DNA of 64,000 nt from Harriotta raleighana (GCA_050575255.1 JBNZDD010013732.1:22066564-22130563), one strand, 5' to 3'; numbered from the stretch's first letter, positions 13,401 to 26,480 are shown. The notes: generated from the letters alone by a model not told the origin. Numbers and translations: made by a program.

Positions 13401-15219
13401 TAAAACATTTAAAAAGAGTAGTGCTTTTGGTTATGCCCTCTTGAGTTTGCTTTCCTGGAGAAGCATCTCCTGGGATTGACTGGCTGAGATCAGGAAATTG
13501 TTCATGAGAAAACAAATGGCCAAATGTATGCCCTACCCCTTACAAAGTTGTACAGCAAGTAGGGTATTACTGTCCTATGAAACGTTGCATTTACTGATTT
13601 GAACTATAGCCAATTTTGATTTCATTTTGGGCTTTGTTCATAACCCTGAACTTTTATATATCTGATCTATTCTTTTGAGGAAGGAATGTACAAATTACTA
13701 TTAAATTATTTTTACACTTTAGAAAATGCCAAACTTTGTTTTGATTTATAAATCATTCTGTACATAAATCAGAAGTTTCACTCTTATAGCTTGAACTGCC
13801 TTTATTTCAAATGTATTTTGTACAAAACACATTTATGGCTTTGCTGTGTCTGTATATTACAAAGATTTTGTTTTCTTTGAATAGGTTTTGCATCTAAATA
13901 TAGGAAGATGGGAATGAGAGATGCACCCTTGGGGCAAACTATTCCCTAATCTAGCACTAATTGTTTAAGCATTTTAAGTGGTAGGTGGGTTTACATGCTC
14001 CATCTAAAAGACTAACCAAGCTTAGTTGAACTTGTTATTAATTATCTTTCTCCTGAGTGATTAATTACCAAATAAACTTACATATTGTGCTAAATGTTTT
14101 AACCATAACCATGTGTATAGTGTTGATCTATACCTGTATAGAGCAGATTAATATGAGAATTTAGAAATTCTGTTTTATAGTCTTGCGTTATCTGTTCATC
14201 CAAGTATAATTTATCAGGTTTATTTACAGGTGATTAATGTTGAATTTACATTGGTCGATTGCATGCACGGTTGTTAGTGACACCAGCTGTTGTATAGGAG
14301 AAAGCAGTTTCTTAATTTATGTTGTAAACTGGTGCAACAGAATTATATAATACTGAAATTACCATACATTGCTTTTGCTTATGTCAGTGCTGTAAAGTAA
14401 CTGAGTTCTATTTTCTGAGGCGAGGCTGAGCTCACCAGCAGCAGAACAAACATGATCGCTGGAATCGATGCCTACTGTATCCTCTTGCACTGACTCATTC
14501 TTTTTCTTTTACTTGCCTGTACAGACCATCCCTAACTATCTGGGAAAGTCCAGCGGCTGGAAATAGTTCTGTATTGGCTTTGAGATAATCAGATTTAACT
14601 TTGAGGAATTCAAGAGTTTTATCTGTTGCTTCAGCTCTGTGCAATATAAACAGGGCAGATTCCACTGTACTGTGTACATTGCAGTGTATTACAGAACAAC
14701 ATAGGATAACTACACTAACTAACTTTGATCTCAAAATTATATTATTCGTTGTTATGTTGACTTTCACTCCCTGCTGTTTCCCACTGATGTTGACTTTCAC
14801 TCCCTCTTTCCCACTTTGCTTTAGTTTCAGTTTTCCTTGTTTTCTCTTGATCTTTGTGATGCTATAGAAAGACTTAACCATTTTTGGAACAAAGTAACAT
14901 ATTCTCACAATATTCCATTTAAGTTTATCTCCCACTTTGGTATTGATACCAATTTAATATATAGTGCTGTATCAAATGCAAGTACTATTATTATTAAGTT
15001 GTTAGTTGGAGAAAGGTACTTTGCTACATGATAGGAGGGAGACATGAGGATAAATCACCCTGGTCCCATTCTGTATTTCTGTGTAGTTGGTTACAATTTG
15101 GTGTTGTCAACGATACAATCTATGTACATCCTTTTGCCTGAGTAACAGTTGCAGGGCACCTGGTGTAGTGAGGCTTGAGGGTTTGAAGTGAAGAAAGTAA
15201 TGTTGATTTCCAGGTACGT

Positions 15220-15560
15220 ATTATTATTTGAGGAGGTAATGAAACAGTAAATGAGACTAAACTTGTGCATATAACTTTAGATTTTTAGATATTCTACAAG
15301 GGAGATGTTTTAGGATGTTTAAAGTCCATGGATGCAATGGCTAATTTGCTAGTGTGATTAAAAACTTAATAGGGAGAAAAAAACTCCACCTGGATCAGGC
15401 TTAGAGTTCCATGTGTGCCTGCCTATTTGGATTCCCATGCTGCTCATGCTATAAATGACTTGGAGAAAAGTAGTTCTTGTAATATATTAAGTTTGCCAAG
15501 GGCAAGTCTAATATAATTTAAATTCAAAAACATGTACACTAATCAAACAGTTGGATAAGG
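15220..15560 (+). mobile_element. Heavily degraded older CR1 LINE, RT fragment
   Basis: Remnant motifs tttgaggaggta (FEEV), aaagtccatgga (KVHG), ataaatgacttg (INDL), aagtttgcc (KFA) in CR1 order. Confidence 0.5.
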
Positions 15561-15587
15561 AGATATGAAATACTTGGTTCTTTTACA

Positions 15588-16890
15588 ATGTGGATAATTA
15601 GAGACAGCCAACATGGATTTGTTAAAGCCAAATCTTGCCTAACAAATCTAATAGAATTTTTTGAAGAGGTGACTGCGAGGGCTAATGAGGGAAATGCGGT
15701 GGACGTTATTTACATGGATTTCAAAAAGGCTTTTGACACAGTACCACATAAGAGATTAATAAAAAAATTAGAGGCCCACGGTATTAAGGGGACAGTGGCA
15801 GTTTGGATTAAGAACTGGCTGAGTGACAGAAAGCAGAGGGTGGTGGTTAATGGGTGTTTCTCGAAATGAAAGGAGGTGTGCAGCGGGTCCCCCAGGGATC
15901 GATATTGGGACCACTGCTCTTTCTAATATATATTAATGATCAGGATTTGGGCATAGAGAGCACTATTTCCAAGTTTGCAGATGATACAAAGTTTGGTAGG
16001 GTAGTAAATAGTGAGGAGCACTGTAACCAACTGCAACCAGACATACACAGAATGGTGGAATGGGCTGACATGTAGCAGATGGATTTCAATGTGGATAAGT
16101 GTGAGGTCATACACTTAGGTAGGAAAAATGATAGGAGGCAATATAGACTTGGTAGCTCAATCTTATGGGGAGTGAAGGTATAGAGAGATCTGGATGTTCA
16201 AGTAAGTGAATCATTAAAGGTAGCAGGGCAGGTAGATAAGGCAGTGAAAAGGGCATTTGGTGTACTGAGCTTTATTAGTAGGGGAATAGAGTTTAAGAGT
16301 AGGGAAGTTATGGTTAATTTATACAAAACACTGGTTAGGCCTCAGCTGGAGTACTGCGTCCAGTTCTGGGCACCTTACTTTAGTAGAGACATTAAGGCAC
16401 TGGAAAGGGTGCAGAGGAGATTCATGAGATTGATTCCAGGAATGGAGAACCTTAGCTATGAGGACAGGCTGGAGAAGTTAGGACTTTTCCCATTAGAGCA
16501 GAGAAGGTTACGCGGGGACCTGATAGAGGTCTTCAAGATCATGGAAGGTTTCGACAGGCTAGATAGGGAAAAGCTGTTTCCGCTGGTAGGTGTGTCTGTG
16601 ACCCGTGGATATCTACCAAAAGAAGCAGAGGATAGGTTAGAAGAAATGTTTTCACTCAACGAGTTGTTTGAATTTGGAATAATCTGCCTGAAAGGTAGTG
16701 AGATCCGATTCGATAGCAGCTTTTTAGAGCGAACTAGATAGGTATCTGGGGAAGATGGGTTTGCCGGGTTATGGGGAGAAAGCTGGTGATTGGGGTTAAT
16801 AAAAGTGACATTGCTCTGTCAAAGAGCCGGCACAGACTCAATGCGCCGAATGGCCTCCTTCTGTGCCATGGCATTCTATGATTCTATGAT
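15588..16890 (+). mobile_element. 5'-truncated CR1-type LINE (reverse transcriptase and 3' UTR), inactivated
   Basis: ORF pieces [89 protein letters not shown]; ends in (ATTCTATG)2; contains a frameshift and stops. Confidence 0.95.
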
Positions 16891-17189
16891 CTCAGCAACT
16901 GTTGTATCACCTCCGCGCTTATGAAAGTGCTGGGAGATCATGCCCGCTGTAAAAGACTGTATAAATGCAAGTTGGTGTTGTTGTTATTCATTTGCATTGC
17001 ATGGATGTTAATCATCACAATCAATGGTATAAGTATAAAAGATATCTCCATCTGACATGTTATACATTATGTGCAATCAAGTTAACCTTGCAACCTGCAT
17101 CTTTACCTTGAAATCTTAAGCATTCAAAAGAGCTGGATATACTGTCACTATATCCTATTGTTGGAAAACAAATTAAATAATGTAGGGCA

Positions 17190-17658
17190 GTGAATAGAGC
17201 TTTTTGTGTGCATTTAAGTGCACCTGTGAATAGAGGTCTGATTCTCCTAACTTGAGTGGTAAATGAACAGGCAAATTATTACTTTTCTTTGACGTATACT
17301 CTTTATAAAATGATGGTACAGATATGCACCCATACATAAATTGTATGAAGCACCTTTGGACTCCAGATATGGTATAAACGTCTTAAAGGGTAGTGATTTT
17401 GATGGCTAAATAAACTGTTACTGGGATAATTATTTTTGCACAGTTTTTTAAATGTAGAATATGGAATGGATTAACTGGAACAGAATTTGAGATGGAATCC
17501 ACTATAGTGTTTAAGGGGACATTAGAGAAATGTCTCCTGTGTAATGTAAAAGGCTATGGAAAAAAGGGCAGGACAGAATAGGTCTAAATGGATAGCTCTT
17601 TCAGAGACAGCACAGGCACGATGGACCGAAAGATATCCTGTACTATAAATTTCCATCG
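17190..17658 (+). mobile_element. Degraded CR1 LINE 3' portion
   Basis: ctttataaaatgatggtacag (LYK..VR), atggaatggatta (WNGL), ggctatggaaaaagggcagg, gcacaggcacgatggaccgaa are typical CR1 3'-end landmarks. Confidence 0.65.
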
Positions 17659-19002
17659 TTACAGTTTGCAGCTGTGTAAAAGAGATCGTTTATAACTTGC
17701 TAAGCCCAAGGGCATAATAATTTTTTTTCTTAAAAGGTGAACCGTTTTTAACTTTATAGTTCCACACAATGAGAAATTAATCTTGCGAGGATTGTTATTG
17801 TAACTAATTGGTCGATTCCCTTGTGAATGAAGTGTAAATGCAAAAGGTTGTATACTTTCCCCGAGTCTTTTGTGTGTGTGTATTACACTCCATAATAACA
17901 AGTCTTTTGTAGTAACCTATTAGGAAGTTGGGTAAAAGTGGGTTCCGTTGAGACATGATGATGATGATTGAGTGTTTACTCACCGTAACTCTTTAGAGAT
18001 TAGATGAATTTGTCTGCTTGGTCTCACCCATATTGATTTATCGATGTTTTTCATAGTGAAAGTAGTTGCTACAGAATAAAACTTGAGTTTTATTTATTAT
18101 TTGTGGTCTGATCTGCAGAATTATTATAGAAGTACTGTATTTTTGTTAGTAGAAGATTGAAGATAATGTTGGAGCAGGTAGAAGTTGACAATGGGTTTTA
18201 TAACCAAAGTGCCTCGAATAAAAAGGAGTTCTTCCAGACATGTTTGGAGAGGTGCTTCTGCCTGTCAAGTGAAGGAAAATACAGGGTAGCTATACTTGTA
18301 TTTATTGTATTGCATTGTACCTTATTGCATCAGAATTTCCAAAAGTTAACTATAGTAAGCTCTCTGAGACGCCGTCTGGCGTGGAGGGCGCTAAATATAA
18401 ATTGAAGTTGTTGTTATAGTGACTGTTTTTGCTGTAGATCAGAAACGGTTACTAAACAAATGGTTACTGTACAACAACATCAACAAAATTACACTTGAAT
18501 GTGCTTATAATGACATTGAATGCATTTCCCATACTTTATGCCATATTGAAAGGTGAGAGGAAATACTGTAATTCCATTCAATCAATTTAAGAGAATTAGC
18601 ACTATTCCTTGATTAAGTATTGAGGGAGGATGTTAGCTTAATTCTGTGCATGAGGACGATTAAATGATGGACCAACAAAACACATTAGAATATAAGCAAT
18701 TTGCATTTTATAATTGGGTCAGAGCAACAGAAGCGTTTAACACCTAGGTTTTTGATATACAGTATGTAGATGTTATGGAAAGTGCCATCCTAATTATAAT
18801 TGTGCTTAAGGTGGCCCAACAATACATTCTTGTCTTCAGTTGAATAAATGTGATAGTGTTCAAAATTGGAGGCAGCTTTTGCAACCCAAAGCAATATCGT
18901 TGTTTGTCCTTTTTCATAGATGTAGAAGCAGTTGTGACAATTGTGTTGTCCGTATTCTAGATGTAAGTTATCTTCTGTGAACACTCAGCAATACTTATAG
19001 AA

Positions 19003-19222
19003 TCCTGCAGCTCACTGGTTAGAGCATTTGCCTTACAAGTGAGAGACCTGGGTTCAATTCCAAGCAGGATGAAACCTTGGGCAAGTTTCCTTACTCCACA
19101 CGCCTAATAATAATCCCTCAAAAAACAATAATAAATTGGTAATTTCAATCCACAACTGTGGAACACTTCTGAGCGCAATTGGCTGTCACGTTTTGCCCAC
19201 ATAGATACAGTCAATTCACTTA
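19003..19222 (+). mobile_element. tRNA-derived Deu-domain SINE (3' truncated)
   Basis: tcctgcagctcactggttagagc...gggttcaattccaagcagga tRNA-like head with B-box, then ttgggcaagtttcc and gcgcaattggctg body. Confidence 0.88.
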
Positions 19223-19415
19223 TATTATCTTTTCTCTTCTACTGCAGATTATTACTAGGGCATGTTCCGTTATTACCTTGCATTGGTATGTGAATGCATA
19301 AAGTTTCTTAATAGAAGAAATCTGAGCTTTGCATTACACGAATTAAACAATGATCACAATTCTATGCAGTTATTATTTTAAAACTAAATAATGATTTTAC
19401 TTTTTTGAAGTGTAA

Positions 19416-19568
<153 letters not shown>

Positions 19569-21397
19569 TAAACATGTTGTGTCACATAGTACAATTAGTG
19601 TTGTATTTTGCACTAATGCCTGGATATTTCCTGCCCATACTTTTGATTCAGCCCAGTATAGGGAACAACAATCCATATTGTTGAGGTACCATTATTCTTT
19701 GTTAAATATTACAAATCTGATTGTTCCAAAGAAATCATGACTCAAAATTTCCATTCAGTTTTTAATATAGACATGCACTGAGTGTTAATACACATTTGTG
19801 TCATCAAAATTCAAATAACCAAAGGTTTTTTTCATGTCTAATGTTTCTGTTGCCTTTACTTTCAGTCCTGGATATTACACATGTGGATGTTCTGAGAAAG
19901 CAATGATTTTCCTCTGTTTAAAGTTCATTATTACAGTTTTCTAGGCTACAGTTTGAGATATGGGTTGTTGAATAGCGGTTTCTTGGACAATGTTTCAAGT
20001 GCGAAACACTGATTTCCAGCGCCTTGGGGCAACCTCCCGATATGAAAGGCGCAATCAAAATGTAATTTTGTTGTTGATGGTAATACTGTATTATACAGTA
20101 GACTCAAAAGTATTGTGTTTTAATTCATAACTTTTAATTTCTTCGTGTTTAGTATTGAAGAATATTTAACGCTCGAATAGCGATTTATAAATCACCCATG
20201 TTCCAGATTTCCTGGACTTCATTTCATTCCATCTTATTTACCCTCTTTCTCTATTCACAGTTGTGTGTTTAGTTGATTTGTAACCAAGGCATCAAGTTGC
20301 TGTTACTGAACAAGCAATTGCACTCTAATAAAGCTTTAAACATGTTTGCTCAAACTCAGTATTGATTTAACTGCAAGAGAGGGAAGTTGGACCCCAGCAG
20401 TATGTCAGAGTAGATAAATTTAGCTTCAGCTTTCGGTTCATCTTGTCATGGTGGTAGTTATTGAACAGAGGAAAGTGAATGCTTAATGATTATATCAAAA
20501 TATAAGGTTTCAAAGTCTGAGATTGGGCAGTGATTGTTTGTTCCATTTGATTTAGAAGGTGTAATAAGGTCTAAATTCTATCATTAAGAACCTATTTTTT
20601 ACAAAAGCCAAACCTAGTGAATAAATAAATGTATTATATGACTTGATCTTAAAAACCTGCTAAAAAATCTAATTTATTCCAAGTACGCATTGATGAGCAC
20701 TTATTCTGGTCCTAACCAAATCAGTAATTCATGATTTTGGAGTAAGAAGCGCAAGTAGGATTGGTTAGATGAAAAATAAAAGCTTTAGCCCAGATGAGAG
20801 GCAGGGAAGAGGGTGCCTTTGTATTTTGATGGAAATGCCTTAGTGCCATTTGAAGGTCAGGATTTATTTTCTTGTTTGGGAGAAAAGGTGAAAAACAGGA
20901 AATGGAAACATTTCCTCCCTCCAATCATTTCCCTTTATCTAATGAAGGTGCTGACTCTACTAGCATATGATTGACAAGTGGCTCATTCTCCATGTGAGTT
21001 GGTACCTACTTTCTCACATTATCTAGAAGTCATCTCTGGAAACAATTGCAGATTCTCCCCTGCCCATGGATGGGGTTGTTTCTAATTTGGGAACTTTTAT
21101 ATTAAGATCAATTGTAACCTGCCCTTTTCTCCCTTACAATCCTTCCCAAAGGCACTGACTTGTACTGGGACCAGAGCGTATAGTCTCCAGGTGCTCTCCA
21201 ACTAAAGCAGACCAACTGACACAATGAATGGCAATGAATTTACTATTTTTTTTCTAAATAAAGTTCAGCTCCCATGTAATCTGTTTTAACTGCCTTGTGT
21301 TTTTTGTTTTCTCATTGCATCGTGCAATAAATTACCAAAAGCACATCATCTGTGACGGGTAAAGTTATTGTATATTTGTTTACAGATTAAAACGTAA

Positions 21398-21553
<156 letters not shown>

Positions 21554-22310
21554 TGTTTCATTGAATTGATGGTATGGGAGAAACTGTCCTATTTTAACTA
21601 TAAGAACACAGGGTTGCCTCCAATTTAATAACTTCCCCTAAGGCCTGCATTGAGAAACTTAGCTTTTATTAATTTTATTGTCTGGCTTGTACTTTTAAAA
21701 ATTGAGATTCAGAGAAACGCCCACATATTTAAATATTTTTGATTCAGTAATTGTAACAAAAAAAAGAATACTGTACTTTCTCTAAGAAACCATCTAGTTT
21801 AGATTTTAATGAATGTTGATCAGTTGATTATAATATCCACTCTCTAGGAATTACGACAGATCAAAAATGCAAAGTAAAAGAATTATGTGACCATTGTCTG
21901 TAGAAAAAGTCTGTTGTTTCATTTTGTTCTTGACAGAACTTATATCGAAACTGAAGCTAATAGTGAGTAATTAATTTCAAGCTATCTGTTTGCTACTACA
22001 GTAATTCAGTCATGTAATTATGAAATAGTCCCATTTTAGCAAGTTACCTCCTTGTTTACTTGGGGATTCTTTTATATAATGAGCAGACTTGTATGTAGAG
22101 AAAAAATGAAAAGAGGTACATAAGTATTTATGCAGGGGAATCTATGCTATGACATACCAAATCAATCTGTAAACCGACGGTTTTTAAAATCTTGATGTTC
22201 TGTAGTTATTTGGACATTGTAGTATGGTGTTCAAACAAACTGCTGTACACTCTGGAAAACATTCTTATCTTTATAATTTGTTAAAGACAATAAATGAAGA
22301 TTCTCAGACA
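21554..22310 (+). other. ADK: ADK 3' UTR (predicted)
   Basis: AT-rich sequence with no recognisable repeat between the stop codon and the AATAAA at 22289. Confidence 0.6.
22289..22294 (+). terminator. Polyadenylation signal of ADK
   Basis: AATAAA followed about 15 nt later by CA and a U-rich tract (ttttcttgccttgaattatttttcttt). Confidence 0.65.
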
Positions 22311-22574
22311 TTTTCTTGCCTTGAATTATTTTTCTTTGGCCAGTTGCATAAAGAGATTTTGAGCAAATATTTTTAGAATTTGAAACTGTCCATCATAGGA
22401 ACAGGAGTTGGCCATCAAGCCTGCTCTGTTGTATATTAGTTTATGGATCAAATCATTTTAATTTCATTCCTCACCTTTTCTCTACAACACCTCTAAAGAA
22501 AGTTCCAAGTTTACCTCAAAACACACAATTTCCCTCCCTCTCTGTCAGTCCTTAAAGGCCTCTCCCTCCCAATA

Positions 22575-22690
22575 TGCCACAGTTCTGATGAAGGGTCGTG
22601 GACCCGAAACATTGACTCACTTTCCTTTTCATAGATGCTACTTGACCTGCTGAGCGTTCCCAGTGATTTCTGTTTTTGTTTCAAATTTAC
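22575..22690 (+). mobile_element. Penelope-like element terminal fragment with hammerhead core
   Basis: ctgatgaagggtc..gacccgaaac..gact...agatgctacttgacctgctgagcgttcccagtgatttctgttttt resembles the Penelope-type terminal repeat common in fishes. Confidence 0.7.
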
Positions 22691-22809
22691 CCAGTCTCTT
22701 TCTGCCATCTCGCCCAGGGCAGCATTCTATGTACAGGTCTATGTTTAAAACAACCTAACCATTTCCCATCGTAATGTATTCTATACTTGTTGCGAACAGT
22801 AAACATCCA

Positions 22810-23355
22810 GATACAATACAAAACTACTTTTCTAAGGCGCCTTTCATGTTGGGGGGACTTCGCAAAGTGCTGAATAATCAGGAATCAGTGGAGGGGGTTG
22901 GTCGGGGTCGGGATCAGGGGGCATATGGCACGGAGGGCGACCGAAGGCACAGTCGAAGCGGAGGGTCTAGGGGTGTGCCTTGCTGGAGGCGAGGGAGAAA
23001 GTGAGGCGAAGGGAATGTGGGATGGGGTTCCGGGGGTGGAGGCAGAGAGGCTGAATGTCCAATTGCCAAAGGTGGGGCGGGCCGGGCAAGGGACATAGAG
23101 CAGCCCGGAACCTGTTTGTCCAAGTGAGTGGACAGTTTGATAAGGCTCAGAGAGGTAGGAGGGGGCAAGGCCATGGAGGGCCTTGAAGGTGAGATGGAGA
23201 GTATTGAGGGATAGGATGTCAGTGGAGCTGGGTGAGGGAGCCTATGTTGGGGTCATGAAGCCTGATGTTTAAGAGTTGCTGAGTTCTGGATGATCTGTAG
23301 CTTGTGGAGGGAAGAAATCAGAAGGCCAACAAGCAGGGAGTTATAGTCGAGCCAA
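22810..23355 (-). mobile_element. L2-type LINE 3' fragment
   Basis: Reverse L2 tail (aaaactactttt..aggcgcctttca..aaagtgct), followed by a purine-rich L2 body (ggccatggagggccttgaaggtgag). Confidence 0.75.
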
Positions 23356-24598
23356 CATTATCACTTAATGGGATTTCATACACTTCCTCCAAAATTCACT
23401 GTAGATCCTGATCTTCCCCTAGAATAGTGACATTTTCACATATAGCTTGTTACATCTGTTAGATCTGAGGCTGCTAAGACAATTACGTAATTCATAGAAT
23501 TTTAATGCTGTGGACTTTGCTCTAGTTTCAGGATAAAAGCTATTGAACCTATTTCATTAATGCACGACAGTCTACAAACAAGAAATCCCTGTTCTGTTTC
23601 GCTGAGTTGAATTTCATGCTGATTCATGGAGTTCAGTTCACTCTTACCATCTCGTCATTTGTTTCGTGGTTTGGAATATTAATGAACTGAACTAGCACGA
23701 GATTCAGGCATCCTGTTGCTAAAGTTTTGATGCAGTAATAGTGTGTTGGTTGTGTCTAAATTAATGATACGAATAATAGGTTATTCCCTGTTGCTAAACT
23801 AATGGTATCATAAAGGCTTCTTTTATTTTACTCTGTTCAAATTGGATATCTCAAATGAGATGGAAAGCATGTGGAATCACGTTTGATAAAACTAAGCTCA
23901 AAATGCTTAGTTTCTGGAATCAACCCAATTTTAGAGGTCAATATGAGTGCAGTATGTAAATCACTGTGTTTATAACACCATTCATAAATAGTAACGGTAC
24001 CAGTTTAAAACATTAATTAAATTTTTTCCATATTGTTGTGAATCCTTCAAGTGTGCATGTTGAGACTTTTTTGCCTCAGTTATTCTGGTGATACAGTGTT
24101 CGATGTTATGAAGAGTTCCATTGTAGCTTTACAATTTGGATTTTGTAACAGTTCTCTAAGCTTTTTACAGTCATTATTTTCATGTTGATTTTTTTAAAAA
24201 TTGGTTTATTAACCTACTTGTTATGTAATTGATTTGAAAAATAAACTGATGCAAGCATTTAACAATTCTTGGCATCAATAATAATTAATATTACAATTAA
24301 ATACAATTACACATTTGAGTAATCATGAAAATTAAGAGGGATGCCTCAGAATTGAATATTGATATATAATTTTAGAAGGGAGTACCGTGCAAAATATGTT
24401 AGTTACTGAAGTAAATGTTTTGCAAATACTGTATTTGCTCTTGCCTTAAATTGTTGAAGTTCAATTTTTTTTAATGTTTTCTATCAAACAAAAACTTAAA
24501 ACAATGATATTGTTTGCAACAGCTTTCAAAACTCATGGGAAATATGGGGGAAAGATTATCCTGCAATTCACTTCAACTTTTAAAAGCAAGGCAAAATA

Positions 24599-24986
24599 CA
24601 GTAAACCCCGTTTATCCGGCACCCTCAAGGGGGGTCGACTAATTGACTGTGCGGGTTAAACGGAGGACAAGTTGCCGAAAACCCAACATAAAATATTAAC
24701 TTATTTCTAAACATACCATGTTAATAATACACTAAATAGTAACAGAATATTGCATGGATACTTACCAATAAAGCATTCCAGCACAGTCGGTAAAAAGATC
24801 GGTAAAACAGCATTTTTTACTGATCGGTAAAAAACCCAAGTTCATCAGTTTAATAAGTGCGCATGCGCACTCATTGCACACATGTGGAAAGTGAGCAAAC
24901 TCACGTTTGCTGTATTGGGGAATTGCCCCGGGAGGTGGGGTCGAGCAATCCGGTTGATCGGGTCACGGATAAATAAGGTTTTACTG
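24599..24986. mobile_element. Tc1/mariner (Tigger/pogo-type) MITE, 388 bp
   Basis: TA|CAGTAAACCCCGTTTATCCG ... CGGATAAATAAGGTTTTACTG|TA: imperfect terminal inverted repeats of about 20 bp with TA target duplication; no ORF. Confidence 0.8.
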
Positions 24987-24988
24987 TA

Positions 24989-25265
24989 TTGGGCAAGTTT
25001 CCTTACTCCACATGCCTCTTTTACCAAGCAATTAGTAGGAACCCAGTTGTTAGTTGATTGACAAATCGCTTTTCCGGAGGTAATAATCCCTTCAAAAAAT
25101 AAACAAATAAATAATAATTTGGTCACTCGATACTCACGTGTTTGTGGGACACTGCTGTGCTCAATTGGCTGCCGCATTTCAATTCAGTTTTTCAGTATAT
25201 TCTGTGAAGTGCTTTGAGATGTTTCGACGTGATACGGCGCTATATCAAATGCAAGGATTATTATC
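24989..25265 (+). mobile_element. Deu-domain SINE (head missing)
   Basis: ttgggcaagtttccttactccac...gtttgtgggacactgctgtgctcaattggctgccgc...gtgaagtgctttgagatg...gcgctatatcaaatgcaaggattatta. Confidence 0.85.
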
Positions 25266-26377
25266 AAGTGAAAGATTTTATCTTCCATTGAGACCTGCTA
25301 TTTCTAGTTTTACTGGACCACTTGTGTTACACATGTTACACATGTATCCTGGAGAGGCACCATTCAGTAACACGGAGGTTCATGCCTTAGACCAGCCTGG
25401 AAGCTGATCTGGAGATTCCTGAGTTGGGAAGCTTTGGTGTGGTGGCTGAGCACAGAATAGTATTAAGGCAGCACTAACATTTCTTGGCTTGAGCATTTCC
25501 AGATCAGTTTGTATGCCAATGACAAGATGAGATGCATGTGGGCCAACCTTCTAAATGCCACCATTGTATTGTCTCTGGGTGCCACTAAAGCTTTGAACTG
25601 GTGGGACTGCATGCAAGTGTCTAAATTGAATATATTTTGCCTGATTGTATCATCAATGCATTGCTTTTCCCTTACAAATTATACAAATTAAGCATTATGA
25701 GCTAAAATTACAGCCTTAGGCTTTTATTCTTTAATATTACCAATAAAAAAAGCTGCCATAAACTATAAATTATAATTCCTTTGTTAATGTAACAAGCTAC
25801 AAATACCAAACATTGTAGACTACAAAGGAGATTCTTGATTTCACTGAATAACTTATGAGTGAGTTATATTGGTCTCCGTTGTGAAATATATGTTATATTC
25901 AACATCTCCCCATTGAGTATTTTAGTAGTGCCGTACAATGCATTTTTTTGAGTTTTGTGTTTTATTCACCATTTAAGATTCTGGTAACTTTTAGTACCAG
26001 AGTTTTGTTTAGTTATATTTTTTCTTTCTAATGGGGAATGGGATATGATGAAGTAAGTCAATTATTAGGCGTGACCTACAGTGGTTTCAGCAGTTCACTC
26101 ACTGTTGGTGAAAACCGTTTCATAGCTGTTTGAATAGTTTCCAGCTGCTGGTGGTCCCTGGAAGATAGTTTTATTTAGTTGTGTTCTCACATGTTTAGAA
26201 TAAATTCCCTATCTCACATATGTGTGGAAATTTTGGGTGTTTGGGGCTATATGGTATTAAATATATAGATTCATATAAAATGTGGACTACTTTCTGAATC
26301 CAATTGGTCAAAATATGTATGTAATTCTGTACTTTGTAAGATCTATGGGTGGTTGACCATAATATTAACAATATTAA

Positions 26378-26480
26378 TATTATTCCTTGCATTTGATATA
26401 GCGCCTTATATTGTTGAGACTTCTGGAAGCGCTTTACGTAAAGTGTATTTTGTGGGTGAAACCCGACAGGCAATTGCAAT
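26378..26480 (-). mobile_element. SINE 3' fragment
   Basis: ccttgcatttgatatagcgcc...gaagcgcttta matches the reversed family tail. Confidence 0.7.

Noticed and set aside
14495-14935. 146-aa minus-strand ORF in ADK intron
   Set aside because: No recognisable homology; it includes a tandem duplication and T-rich sequence.
19003-19068. tRNA-like sequence with A/B boxes and a TAC anticodon-like loop
   Set aside because: It continues directly into a SINE body seen in many copies in the window and its stems are imperfect; it is a SINE head, not a tRNA gene.
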